The position numbers and the translations under genes were made by a program. DNA of 64,000 nt from Candidatus Hydrogenedentota bacterium. Lineage in GTDB: Bacteria > Hydrogenedentota > Hydrogenedentia > Hydrogenedentales > JAEUWI01. Shown here piece by piece: positions 40,720 through 48,893 of the stretch. The notes beneath the pieces are model-generated. The model worked only from the letters and a program-made list of their open reading frames with translations. It was not told the origin of the DNA and did no database searches. Numbering within the stretch: position 1 is the stretch's first letter; the number at the start of each line of letters is the position of its first letter. The DNA is taken from positions 32,001 through 96,000 of the forward strand of contig JAXMOL010000009.1 in the NCBI GenBank assembly GCA_034669905.1, read 5' to 3'.

Positions 40720-41109
40720 ATGGCAAAGCCAGTCGTAATGGGTGCTACCTTAAAGTGTAGCGAAGGCCTCGCTCCGGGCAGCATGGTGGTTACGCCGGAA
40801 AATTGCGTCACCATGGAAAAGATGCCCGCCGCGAATATCATGGACAATATCCCCATGAAGAATATCACGCCTTTCGGGATGTGTAAGACCATGGCAAATC
40901 CGACGGTTTCCGCGGCTACCAGCGCGGCCTTGGGCGTTCTGACACCCATGCCCTGCATCCCCGTGGTGGCCGCACCCTGGACGCCCGGCAGTGCAACGGT
41001 GACGCTCGGTGGCATGCCCGCCTTGACCGAAGATTGCACCTGTATGTGTAACTGGGGCGGGACCATTGAAGTGGTCAACGCAGGTACCACGAAAGAGGAC
41101 ATGGGCTGA
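40720..41109 (+). CDS. DUF4280 PAAR-like T6SS spike tip
   Basis: GATLKCS.G, NITPFGMC, NPTV.AAT.AALGVLTPMPCIP, PWTPG and C.C.WGG.I motifs. Confidence 0.92.
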   Translation: MAKPVVMGATLKCSEGLAPGSMVVTPENCVTMEKMPAANIMDNIPMKNITPFGMCKTMANPTVSAATSAALGVLTPMPCIPVVAAPWTPGSATVTLGGMPALTEDCTCMCNWGGTIEVVNAGTTKEDMG

Positions 41110-41154
41110 GGTATCTGAGCCTTGTCGGTGCAGCGTGCCCCAGCCCGCCGCCTG

Positions 41155-44100
41155 CTAGAGTTCTTTGCCCCGGAGGTTGTCGACACACTTGGCACAATGA
41201 TGGCCATCGCTGCGGGCATCATACGACATGACACAGGGGATTTCTGTTTCGAAGTTGGGCGTGTCTTCCGAGTCGGGGGCGTCCGCCCTCAGCTTCCTCA
41301 ATATTTCGTGCTTGCCCGTTGCCACACCGCTCGCACGGGGACTTCCCGGCGCATGCTGCAGATATAAGGCGTGGGATATCTCGTGAATGGCCAGCGCGTT
41401 GTACTTTGCGGCCTCCGAGCCGTTCCCGCCAAACAGGAAAATACACTGCCCCACCGCTTTTCCTTCTTGGACACCCGCATCATCGGGTACGGTGGTGTAG
41501 TTGTCCAGTGAGGCCGCTTCGACGATACTGATTCCAGGGGCAAAGCCCTTGTTCTTGTTGATAGCGCGCCACAGGGCCGACATCAGCAGTCCCTTCACCA
41601 GCCCGAGTTTCGCGCCGTCGATGGCAAAATAGTGGGGGTTGGCACCGCTATGGACCACCAGCCGGTCATCGCCGTCCAGAGGCATGGGGAAGGTCGTCGC
41701 GTCAATCGCGTCGTTGTAGGCCTTGGGTAGCAACAGGTTGAAGAGAAAGGGAGATTGGTCCGGTATAGGGGCGAGAAGCGTGTCCGCATCAATAAAGTTT
41801 TCGACCTTATAGCAGACCTGGTACTGGGTATCTCCCTGGCTCTCCTTAAACGTTACCGTTACGGTCTGGGCGTCGTAATCTACGGTCTGGCTTTCCACGA
41901 CGTCAGTGGCCACGGCCACGCCGCTCTCGTCATCCAGGACCGCCGTACCTTTGCCGCCGCCTTCCGGGCGGACCGTGAGGGTGCCGAGTTCCGGTTTTCC
42001 GCTCAACGTCAGGCTGAATACTTTCCCGTCATCGCCCACAGGGTTCATGAGCTCCCGAAAGATACTCATCTTATTGTTTCTACGGCCCTCTACCCGAGAT
42101 GTCCTGTTAAAATCAGGATAATCTGTGAGCAGTGTCGCCATCTCGGCGCGGAGGTCGTCTTCGTAATCCTTGAGTGCCGTGGGGGTCTCAGCATCACTTT
42201 CCAGGAGCACTTCCACATAACTATTGGCAAACTCTTTGGTGATGTGATCCGTGAGGTCCAGATCCGGCAACGCCCCCACGTACTTGGCATAGTTGGTGGA
42301 GTAGGGGGCCCCGTTATGCATCAGGCAATCCGGAAGTTCCGCCGCAGTCGCCGGCGCGTCCATACGGACGTGATTGCAGACACGAAGCGAGCGCCAATGC
42401 ACCAGGGTGCCGGTTTCCACCATATCATCGCCGAGCACATCGGGCTTGGGTTGGTGGGGCGGCCCCACATAGGCTTGAATCTTGTAGGAGTCCCCCCCGA
42501 TAAGACTGGGTTCAAAGTTGATACGGGCGATTCCGTTGCCATCACATGTTACGGAGCGCGTAATTCGTTGCGTGCTCAGGAGGAACTCTTTGGGCCCTTT
42601 GGCCGACGTGTAATAGGTCGTGCCACCGCCAACGGCCAGACTCGCGGGACCGTCGGGGGCATCATCTGCACTGACCGGTATCGATTCGAATTGGACCGCC
42701 ACATCCTGCGCATACTCTGCATCGTCCCAGTCAATGCCGGAACCGATGGGGCGTGTCTTGACAACGACCTCCAGCGGAATTTTGCCCAAGGCGGGGTTTT
42801 CCCCGAAGTATTTTTCGTCTACCTCCCGCGGGTCGTTCCCGAGGGTATAGTTTTCCCAGGGCTTTACGGGATCGGTTTCCTGCTCATCCTCGCGAAACTT
42901 TCCCTCCAGGTAGTTCAAGGCATAGAGCAACGTAAAGGCGGGGGTGCGCATGCGGGCATATTCACCGGGCGCCGGCAGGGCTTCGCCACCGACAAGGTAC
43001 GTTGCGATCTCCGCCGCCATCGTGTCACGGGCACCCTCGGTGTCCGCGTCCACCAGCTCGGGAAACAGCTTCTCGGCATGGTCCCACGAATAGAAGAGAC
43101 ACTTTTCAGCATCCGGATGATCCAATGGATGGGAGAAGAGGCCAAGGGTCTGAAGGCGCGCCATGGTTCCCTTCAGGGTGCCCATATCTTCGTCAAACAA
43201 GCGGTTGATATCACCAAGCCGCAATTCGATCTTATACTCCGGAACGCCTACCGCGAATTCACCCGGGTCAGTCTTCCACCCGCGAAGGCGGAGCATGCAC
43301 AGGCCGCAGAAGCGTTCGGAGTCCACATCGTAGTTCATGATGCAGGTGTCGTCCTTGACGTGTTTTTCCTCCACGATCTCTCCCGGTCTAGGTCCGGTAC
43401 GGTTCATGGCGTGGGGGAGAAACAGGGCATGGGCGATCTCGTGGGCAAAGATGGCCGCGTGGTCCTTGTCCTCAGAGGGGCTGACGTGGTCACCATCGGG
43501 CACACTGGATACATAGGTAATGCCTTGGTGGCGCTTGCTTTCGGCGGCAAAGTAGGCACCGGCCAGTCGAATCTCTTTATAGGGCCGGGTGTACTCGAGA
43601 TTCCACGCCAGGTCTTTCAAATTCGTGCGGCCCGGCACATGGAGGAAGAAAATGCCCTCATCCTCGCTATGATTCATGCGAATATATTCCTGAATCATAA
43701 AAGGAAGGGCGCTGTTGGGGAGCGCTTTGTAAACCGGGCGGTCCGCTACGCCCCGGGCGTCATGAATGATGCTGAAACTGCCCTGCTGCGCCTGAAAGAT
43801 AGCTTTGCGGTCGATCAGCGAATCCTTGAGAAACTTTTTAAGATTGTCCAGGCGCCGTATAGCCCGGCCCGAAGGCCCGTTTTTGGAGATGAGTTTGATC
43901 TTCAACAAGGCATTGCGATCCCTGTTGGCGAACTCTGCTCGGAGGGCTGCAATTCCATCGTCCGGCAGGATTTCGGAAAAACGTAGTCTGAGATTCACTC
44001 TTCTCTCAGCCCGTGGATATTCCACGGTGATAACGGTGCCGTCGACGTCCACGTCTATCTTATTCTTATACTTGTTGTTCCGGGATTCTTCTTCCGTATA

Positions 44101-46224
44101 TTCAACGCCCCAGAAGTCCCATTGGGGTTCGAATTGAATTCTTCCTGTAGCCCGCGTTGCATGCCCCGTGATAACTTCGCCATTTGTGAAGGATTGGGCC
44201 GGGTCCTCGAAAAACACCTGCAGGGGGGATTCGGCACGTGTCAGCGTCGAATAGAGCACAACGGCCCTGTAGCCAGCTGCGTCGCCGACGCATTCCTCAA
44301 GCAGCCTGAAGTCGCTGCGGTTTTCGACCGTGTGAAAGTGTTGCACACGACCGTCTTTGAATGCGGCCTCCATATCATCCAGATAAGTTTTTTCCTTATA
44401 GCATATGGGCGGGGAATTGGCCGGAAGGTCGGCGCTGACAAAATACTTGTAACTCAGTGGATTGTTAAAATCTACTTCGTTGTACCAAAAAGGATCGGCT
44501 AACAGCGAGGTCAGGGCAGATTGTAGCGCGGCTTCATAGTCTGCCTTCACGATCGCGACCTTTTCGTAATCAAGCTTTATATTAGCCTCTTTCAGGAAGA
44601 GGGCCGCCGTGGAAGTGAGGCATGCATCGGGATCGCATCCAAAATCGGGGGTGCCATAGGCCAGGTACTTCAAATTGACCTTGCGAAATACCTCGAATTC
44701 ACCGGCCTTGGTTATCGCCGGCGCATTGGTTTCAATGTCATCCTCCGAATCGAAGGCCGGATCGAAATAGAGCTGGACCGAGACATGGTACTTGTCCCCC
44801 GCCATGCGAGAAGGCTGGAAGATAACACCCGTCTTGCACGGATCAGGACTCTCGGCGTCCTCCGCCGCGTCGCCTGCTTCGCTTTCTGGCTCAGCTACGG
44901 CCTCACTGTCGCCGTCTTGTGCAGGGAGGGCAGGGAAGTGCGACAGAGCGGCCCACGTCCGTGTCTCACAGAGCGTAACCTGAAAGGGAAAGGCGTCTTC
45001 TTCGGTGACCTCGGGAAAAATTGGTGCATTGGTATCGCCAAGCTTTCCACCGAAGTGCACGGGCGCGTTGAGCGACGTTTCAGGCTTGGCTCCTGCGTTC
45101 TTATGATAGGCCGCATTCAGGAAGGCCTCGGTGTTTTTTGGGGTTTCTGCAGGGGTGATGGGGCTCTTCCACCGATCGGGCTCGTTGTCTTGCCAGTCCC
45201 AGAGAAGGGTGGCCCCGGCGAGTGCCTCGGGTGCCAGGGTTGTCCCGGCCCCGGCCGACGTTTTTACCGAGACGGTGGCCACAAGAGGTATCCGTGGGCC
45301 TTGTCCCCAAAGCTTCTTGTAGTTATCAAAGTCTGATTGGTCAGCGAATTCGGTGGTTGATTCCTCCACATCCCCTCCGACCATATTTCTAACCGCAAAG
45401 AGGTTGCTCTCCAGCACGACTTCATGCTTCACACCTTCGATGGGCTTGGCGTTGGCCTCGCTCAGGTCATTGAGAAGCTGCTTCTCCAGTCCGATGACCT
45501 CGTCGTCACCGGCGTCACCACCTGCGTCACCACCGGCAGCCGGTTTCCCCAGGATTTTTTCCTTGTATACCTCGTCAATATCCTTCCGTTCGGGGTCGAG
45601 GAGATCATAGGCGCCCCATTCCAGGTCTATTTTTTCAATGAGCACATCGAAGTAGGTCCAGGCCACCGCCTGGGCGGTATCTACCGCCCCGGGCTGCTCG
45701 GGATCCGGATGAAGGGTGATCTTGACCTTATAGGGCGACATCTGGACGTTGATATAGCCGGCCGGAAAATGCTCCGGGTCGGCTTCTTCGTCGAGCTTAC
45801 CATCCCAGGCCAACTCGCCACTGTTCGCATCCGTATCCTTCTTCTCCAGGATATGGGAGAAAATGGGCTCGCCGTTTCCACGGTGATAGACCTCGATGGT
45901 GGCGCCCGATGCCTTGTCCCCATTCTCCAGCGTCCAGGAAATGGTTCCGCTTTCGTGCTTGGGTGCGAAGCACGGACGGGTCGCGTCGTCACTGGCGATG
46001 TCCGCATGGTCCGCCTGATTGTAGCTGGTCGACGTGCCCCCGGCGGTCAGGGTCAGCGATACGACCTTTCCCTGCTGGGATTCTTCCGTATCCTCTCCCG
46101 AGCTGCTTTCGCAGATTTTTGTGCCGCTCTGGGACTGATCGGCACTGCCGCCACCGTCTGACGCCAGGCGGCTCTCGGGGTCCTTGTAGGCCTCAAATTC
46201 AATAGTTGGCGGGTAAGGATACAT
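41155..46224 (-). CDS. 1,689-aa protein with two zincin metalloprotease-like domains; putative T6SS effector
   Basis: HEIAHALFLPH...CIMNY...FCGLC and HEISHALYLQH...CVMSY...HCAKC; no signal peptide; lies downstream of the DUF4123 cassette. Confidence 0.75.
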   Translation of the reverse strand: MYPYPPTIEFEAYKDPESRLASDGGGSADQSQSGTKICESSSGEDTEESQQGKVVSLTLTAGGTSTSYNQADHADIASDDATRPCFAPKHESGTISWTLENGDKASGATIEVYHRGNGEPIFSHILEKKDTDANSGELAWDGKLDEEADPEHFPAGYINVQMSPYKVKITLHPDPEQPGAVDTAQAVAWTYFDVLIEKIDLEWGAYDLLDPERKDIDEVYKEKILGKPAAGGDAGGDAGDDEVIGLEKQLLNDLSEANAKPIEGVKHEVVLESNLFAVRNMVGGDVEESTTEFADQSDFDNYKKLWGQGPRIPLVATVSVKTSAGAGTTLAPEALAGATLLWDWQDNEPDRWKSPITPAETPKNTEAFLNAAYHKNAGAKPETSLNAPVHFGGKLGDTNAPIFPEVTEEDAFPFQVTLCETRTWAALSHFPALPAQDGDSEAVAEPESEAGDAAEDAESPDPCKTGVIFQPSRMAGDKYHVSVQLYFDPAFDSEDDIETNAPAITKAGEFEVFRKVNLKYLAYGTPDFGCDPDACLTSTAALFLKEANIKLDYEKVAIVKADYEAALQSALTSLLADPFWYNEVDFNNPLSYKYFVSADLPANSPPICYKEKTYLDDMEAAFKDGRVQHFHTVENRSDFRLLEECVGDAAGYRAVVLYSTLTRAESPLQVFFEDPAQSFTNGEVITGHATRATGRIQFEPQWDFWGVEYTEEESRNNKYKNKIDVDVDGTVITVEYPRAERRVNLRLRFSEILPDDGIAALRAEFANRDRNALLKIKLISKNGPSGRAIRRLDNLKKFLKDSLIDRKAIFQAQQGSFSIIHDARGVADRPVYKALPNSALPFMIQEYIRMNHSEDEGIFFLHVPGRTNLKDLAWNLEYTRPYKEIRLAGAYFAAESKRHQGITYVSSVPDGDHVSPSEDKDHAAIFAHEIAHALFLPHAMNRTGPRPGEIVEEKHVKDDTCIMNYDVDSERFCGLCMLRLRGWKTDPGEFAVGVPEYKIELRLGDINRLFDEDMGTLKGTMARLQTLGLFSHPLDHPDAEKCLFYSWDHAEKLFPELVDADTEGARDTMAAEIATYLVGGEALPAPGEYARMRTPAFTLLYALNYLEGKFREDEQETDPVKPWENYTLGNDPREVDEKYFGENPALGKIPLEVVVKTRPIGSGIDWDDAEYAQDVAVQFESIPVSADDAPDGPASLAVGGGTTYYTSAKGPKEFLLSTQRITRSVTCDGNGIARINFEPSLIGGDSYKIQAYVGPPHQPKPDVLGDDMVETGTLVHWRSLRVCNHVRMDAPATAAELPDCLMHNGAPYSTNYAKYVGALPDLDLTDHITKEFANSYVEVLLESDAETPTALKDYEDDLRAEMATLLTDYPDFNRTSRVEGRRNNKMSIFRELMNPVGDDGKVFSLTLSGKPELGTLTVRPEGGGKGTAVLDDESGVAVATDVVESQTVDYDAQTVTVTFKESQGDTQYQVCYKVENFIDADTLLAPIPDQSPFLFNLLLPKAYNDAIDATTFPMPLDGDDRLVVHSGANPHYFAIDGAKLGLVKGLLMSALWRAINKNKGFAPGISIVEAASLDNYTTVPDDAGVQEGKAVGQCIFLFGGNGSEAAKYNALAIHEISHALYLQHAPGSPRASGVATGKHEILRKLRADAPDSEDTPNFETEIPCVMSYDARSDGHHCAKCVDNLRGKEL

Positions 46225-46317
46225 AGAACTCTCTCTTACTTCGGAAGCGCCGCAACCACATTACCCGGTTGCCGCTTTAACGATTCTGGTTATACCGGAC
46301 CGGGGCGTTGGAGTACC

Positions 46318-46710
46318 TCATTTTTTGCCCTGCGGGCGTTGGGCATAGAGCCCGCGCCCCTTATTCTCTCGTTTCAACGCGTCGGAATAAAGCTGATTCA
46401 TTTTCTTGTTCGGCTCGTGGCTCCCGCGCTGCAGCGCATTCTGCGTCCAGCGGCACGCGGGGTCGGTGTCAAAGTCCCGGCCAAAGGTGAACATGAGGCC
46501 GAGCCAGCGTTTGATTTGGCCGTCACTTCGAAAGGAATATCGCCGGGCACGCCCGATGCCATAGCGAACGATTTCGAGCAATGCGTCCTCATCCATGGAT
46601 TCGCATTGCTCGGGAAAGGTCGTTCTGACATGACACACCATTTCCAATTCAAATTGTTCCCGTATGGGAGCAGCGATTGCTTCGATTTGTTTACTTCGGA
46701 GTACTAGCAC
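46318..46710 (-). CDS. Hypothetical protein resembling the C-terminal helical part of long DUF4123 chaperones
   Basis: L.LR..Q......F...M..HV...FP......GI.RA..Y.......L.LM..FG.DFD.DP...W pattern; directly downstream of DUF4123. Confidence 0.6.
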   Translation of the reverse strand: MLVLRSKQIEAIAAPIREQFELEMVCHVRTTFPEQCESMDEDALLEIVRYGIGRARRYSFRSDGQIKRWLGLMFTFGRDFDTDPACRWTQNALQRGSHEPNKKMNQLYSDALKRENKGRGLYAQRPQGKK

Positions 46711-46758
46711 GAGGGCACCATAGGGATTGCGCTACTCTTTTCTAGAAGGTTTAACGGG

Positions 46759-47385
46759 CTACACGCGGGAGGTCTTTTGCGCCCTGTCGTCGGCACTATC
46801 TACGCCGTGCGCCCAGTTCGCAATCACATCCTTCTCCATCTGGACGGCTGCCTGCCCCGCACGGTAGTGATGCATGATTCCCGGTGTTTCCCCTTCCACA
46901 AAAATACTGCGAATCGGGCCGAAGAACTGGCGGCACTCCTTCGCCGTGCAGGTGGGAAGATAGGTCCGAATCACCCGCGGGTCGTAATACCGAAAGTAAA
47001 ACATGTTGTTCTGCTCGTCATAGACTTTGAAAATCGAGCGGCAATGCTGCCGCACGGCCTGGGGCCAGGAGGTCGTAAGCAGTAAAATGCCCGTGTTGCT
47101 GCCCAGCTTCTCTGTCCAGCGCTGCATATATTCCGGATAGCGATTGGTGCATTTGATTCGCACCAGATAAGGGCCTACCTTCGTCATGTGATACGGCGCC
47201 TTCGTGAACAGCGGACGAAGGGGTTCGCCGAGAATATTTCGGGAACCTACGGAAAGACGGTAGTCCTGGGCGGCATCGACGAGGGCATAAAGGTTGTCAT
47301 CCGGCCGTTTGAACTGCTCAAGATACTGATGCAGATCGTAGGCGTCGGGAAGCGTCGGGTGGGGTGGCGCGGGTACATCCATCAT
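46759..47385 (-). CDS. DUF4123 T6SS effector chaperone (Tec/Tap)
   Basis: LYALVDAA, GPYLV and FRYYDPRV motifs. ATG 47385 is 1 nt after the upstream stop. Confidence 0.9.
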   Translation of the reverse strand: MMDVPAPPHPTLPDAYDLHQYLEQFKRPDDNLYALVDAAQDYRLSVGSRNILGEPLRPLFTKAPYHMTKVGPYLVRIKCTNRYPEYMQRWTEKLGSNTGILLLTTSWPQAVRQHCRSIFKVYDEQNNMFYFRYYDPRVIRTYLPTCTAKECRQFFGPIRSIFVEGETPGIMHHYRAGQAAVQMEKDVIANWAHGVDSADDRAQKTSRV

Positions 47386-47386
47386 G

Positions 47387-47746
47387 TTAGCCGTTCTTCC
47401 GGCGGTCGGGGTCAGGGCGCTTCGCCGCATCATCCACCTGGCGGCGATCGGTACAGCCAGAACCGCTTCCTTCCACCAGGGGCGCGCCCGATTCTGCCGC
47501 ACTCTCAAAGGCATCCGCGCAAGAGGGATTGGTGCACTCTGCGGGCTCTTCTTCGGCGGGGGGGAGGGGCGCGATTGTCTGAGGCTGACTCCGCGGTGGT
47601 GTGCGGGATGCCGCCCCATCGTCACCCTCCGCCTGGGCCGGGGGCTCGGGCAGACTGGGCATTTCATCATACATGCGATCCAATTCGCCATCGGTGCGCT
47701 GAAAGTTGGCACCATCAACGTTCATTTTCGACCAGGGCTGTCGCAT
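47387..47746 (-). CDS. Small Pro/acidic protein with a CTNPSCADAFESAAESGAPLVE motif
   Basis: AGGAGGAG RBS before ATG 47746; coupled to the DUF4123 gene. Confidence 0.65.
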   Translation of the reverse strand: MRQPWSKMNVDGANFQRTDGELDRMYDEMPSLPEPPAQAEGDDGAASRTPPRSQPQTIAPLPPAEEEPAECTNPSCADAFESAAESGAPLVEGSGSGCTDRRQVDDAAKRPDPDRRKNG

Positions 47747-47986
47747 GCGCACTCCTCCTGCATCGCCTGCCCTATTGGTGGGCGCGCGGTGCGTACAGGG
47801 TTTATTGTTTACTGCTCTGATTGTAATCAGAAAGGGCCGCTGCTGCAAGCCCGGCCCGGGAATTTTCGTCCTTACGGCGCAATTATTTTTCGAATGTTAC
47901 GGCTGTATACCTCCCCCGATTTATCGGTATACTATCTACAGGCCGCTTCGTCGCCCCAACACAAGGGGCACAATGGAACATACAAC

Positions 47987-48709
47987 ATGACTTACCTGCG
48001 TGACATCCTGCTCATAAGCTTCGCCTGCGCCCTCATGGGAGCAGGCAGCGGCGTTGTTGCGCAGACCCGTGATGTTGAGGGAGCGCCCAAGATACCCATT
48101 AAGAACCAGCGCGCCACGGGCAAACCCGCCCAGGAACTGTCCCGGGAGATGCCGGGGAATGCCCCCATCAAATACCAGGACTTCCAACGCTATAAGCGCG
48201 ATGAAGTCAATCGGATAGCCACACCCCGTCCCGACGACTACCAGATCCACACCGAAGAAGGGGACGTGATTGAGGTCCGCCATGAACGCTTTTTCACCGG
48301 TGAGGCCCTCGATCGCTGCGAACTGGAATTCAAAGTAGCCAGCACGATCCGCGTTCCAAAAATATTCGTCGTAAGTGACGAACCCTTCATCGTCGATCCC
48401 CGCAAGCCCGGTGCGCTCAAGAAGACCATTTTTACCGAGTATGACCACGAGTCCTTTGACAAACTGCGCCCGTCCACGGCAAATGGCAATATCCGCAACC
48501 GCCCCTTTAACAAACGGGTCTATCCGCCTCAGAATACCCAGCGGGAAATTGCCCTTTACCGGACTGGTCAGCTGCTGAAATCGACCCGGGCCCATATCAA
48601 AACCCGGACCCCGCTGGAAGACGTCCATTCCAACGTGGATATCGGACGGGAAACGGCCATCCGCCTCTATCCGGGGTACCGCATCACCCTCACCTGGATG
48701 AGTGAATAG
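47987..48709 (+). CDS. Exported hypothetical protein
   Basis: MTYLRDILLISFACALMGAGSGVVA signal peptide; 3' part of ORF 47384-48709. Confidence 0.65.
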   Translation: MTYLRDILLISFACALMGAGSGVVAQTRDVEGAPKIPIKNQRATGKPAQELSREMPGNAPIKYQDFQRYKRDEVNRIATPRPDDYQIHTEEGDVIEVRHERFFTGEALDRCELEFKVASTIRVPKIFVVSDEPFIVDPRKPGALKKTIFTEYDHESFDKLRPSTANGNIRNRPFNKRVYPPQNTQREIALYRTGQLLKSTRAHIKTRTPLEDVHSNVDIGRETAIRLYPGYRITLTWMSE

Positions 48710-48893
48710 CGGCGAGCAGTACCCTTGAGGGACTTCGTTTCATTGGCGCGGGGGGCGTTCGTGCCACGCGATGCCGAGTGCCACAAGCTTTCGTGTCCAT
48801 GGAACTTCGTAGACGAGGGGCCATGGTGGATGACCGGAATTGTCGTGCTCGTGATGGGTGCCTGCGGCGCAGCCACCTTGTCCGCTCTCCATG

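Noticed and set aside
47386..47718. N-terminal extension of the DUF4123 ORF
   Set aside because: It overlaps the RBS-supported 47387-47746 gene in another frame; ATG 47385 fits translational coupling.
47384..47986. 5' extension of the 441-aa ORF 47384-48709
   Set aside because: It overlaps the opposite-strand 119-aa gene and the intergenic region; the signal peptide starts at 47987.
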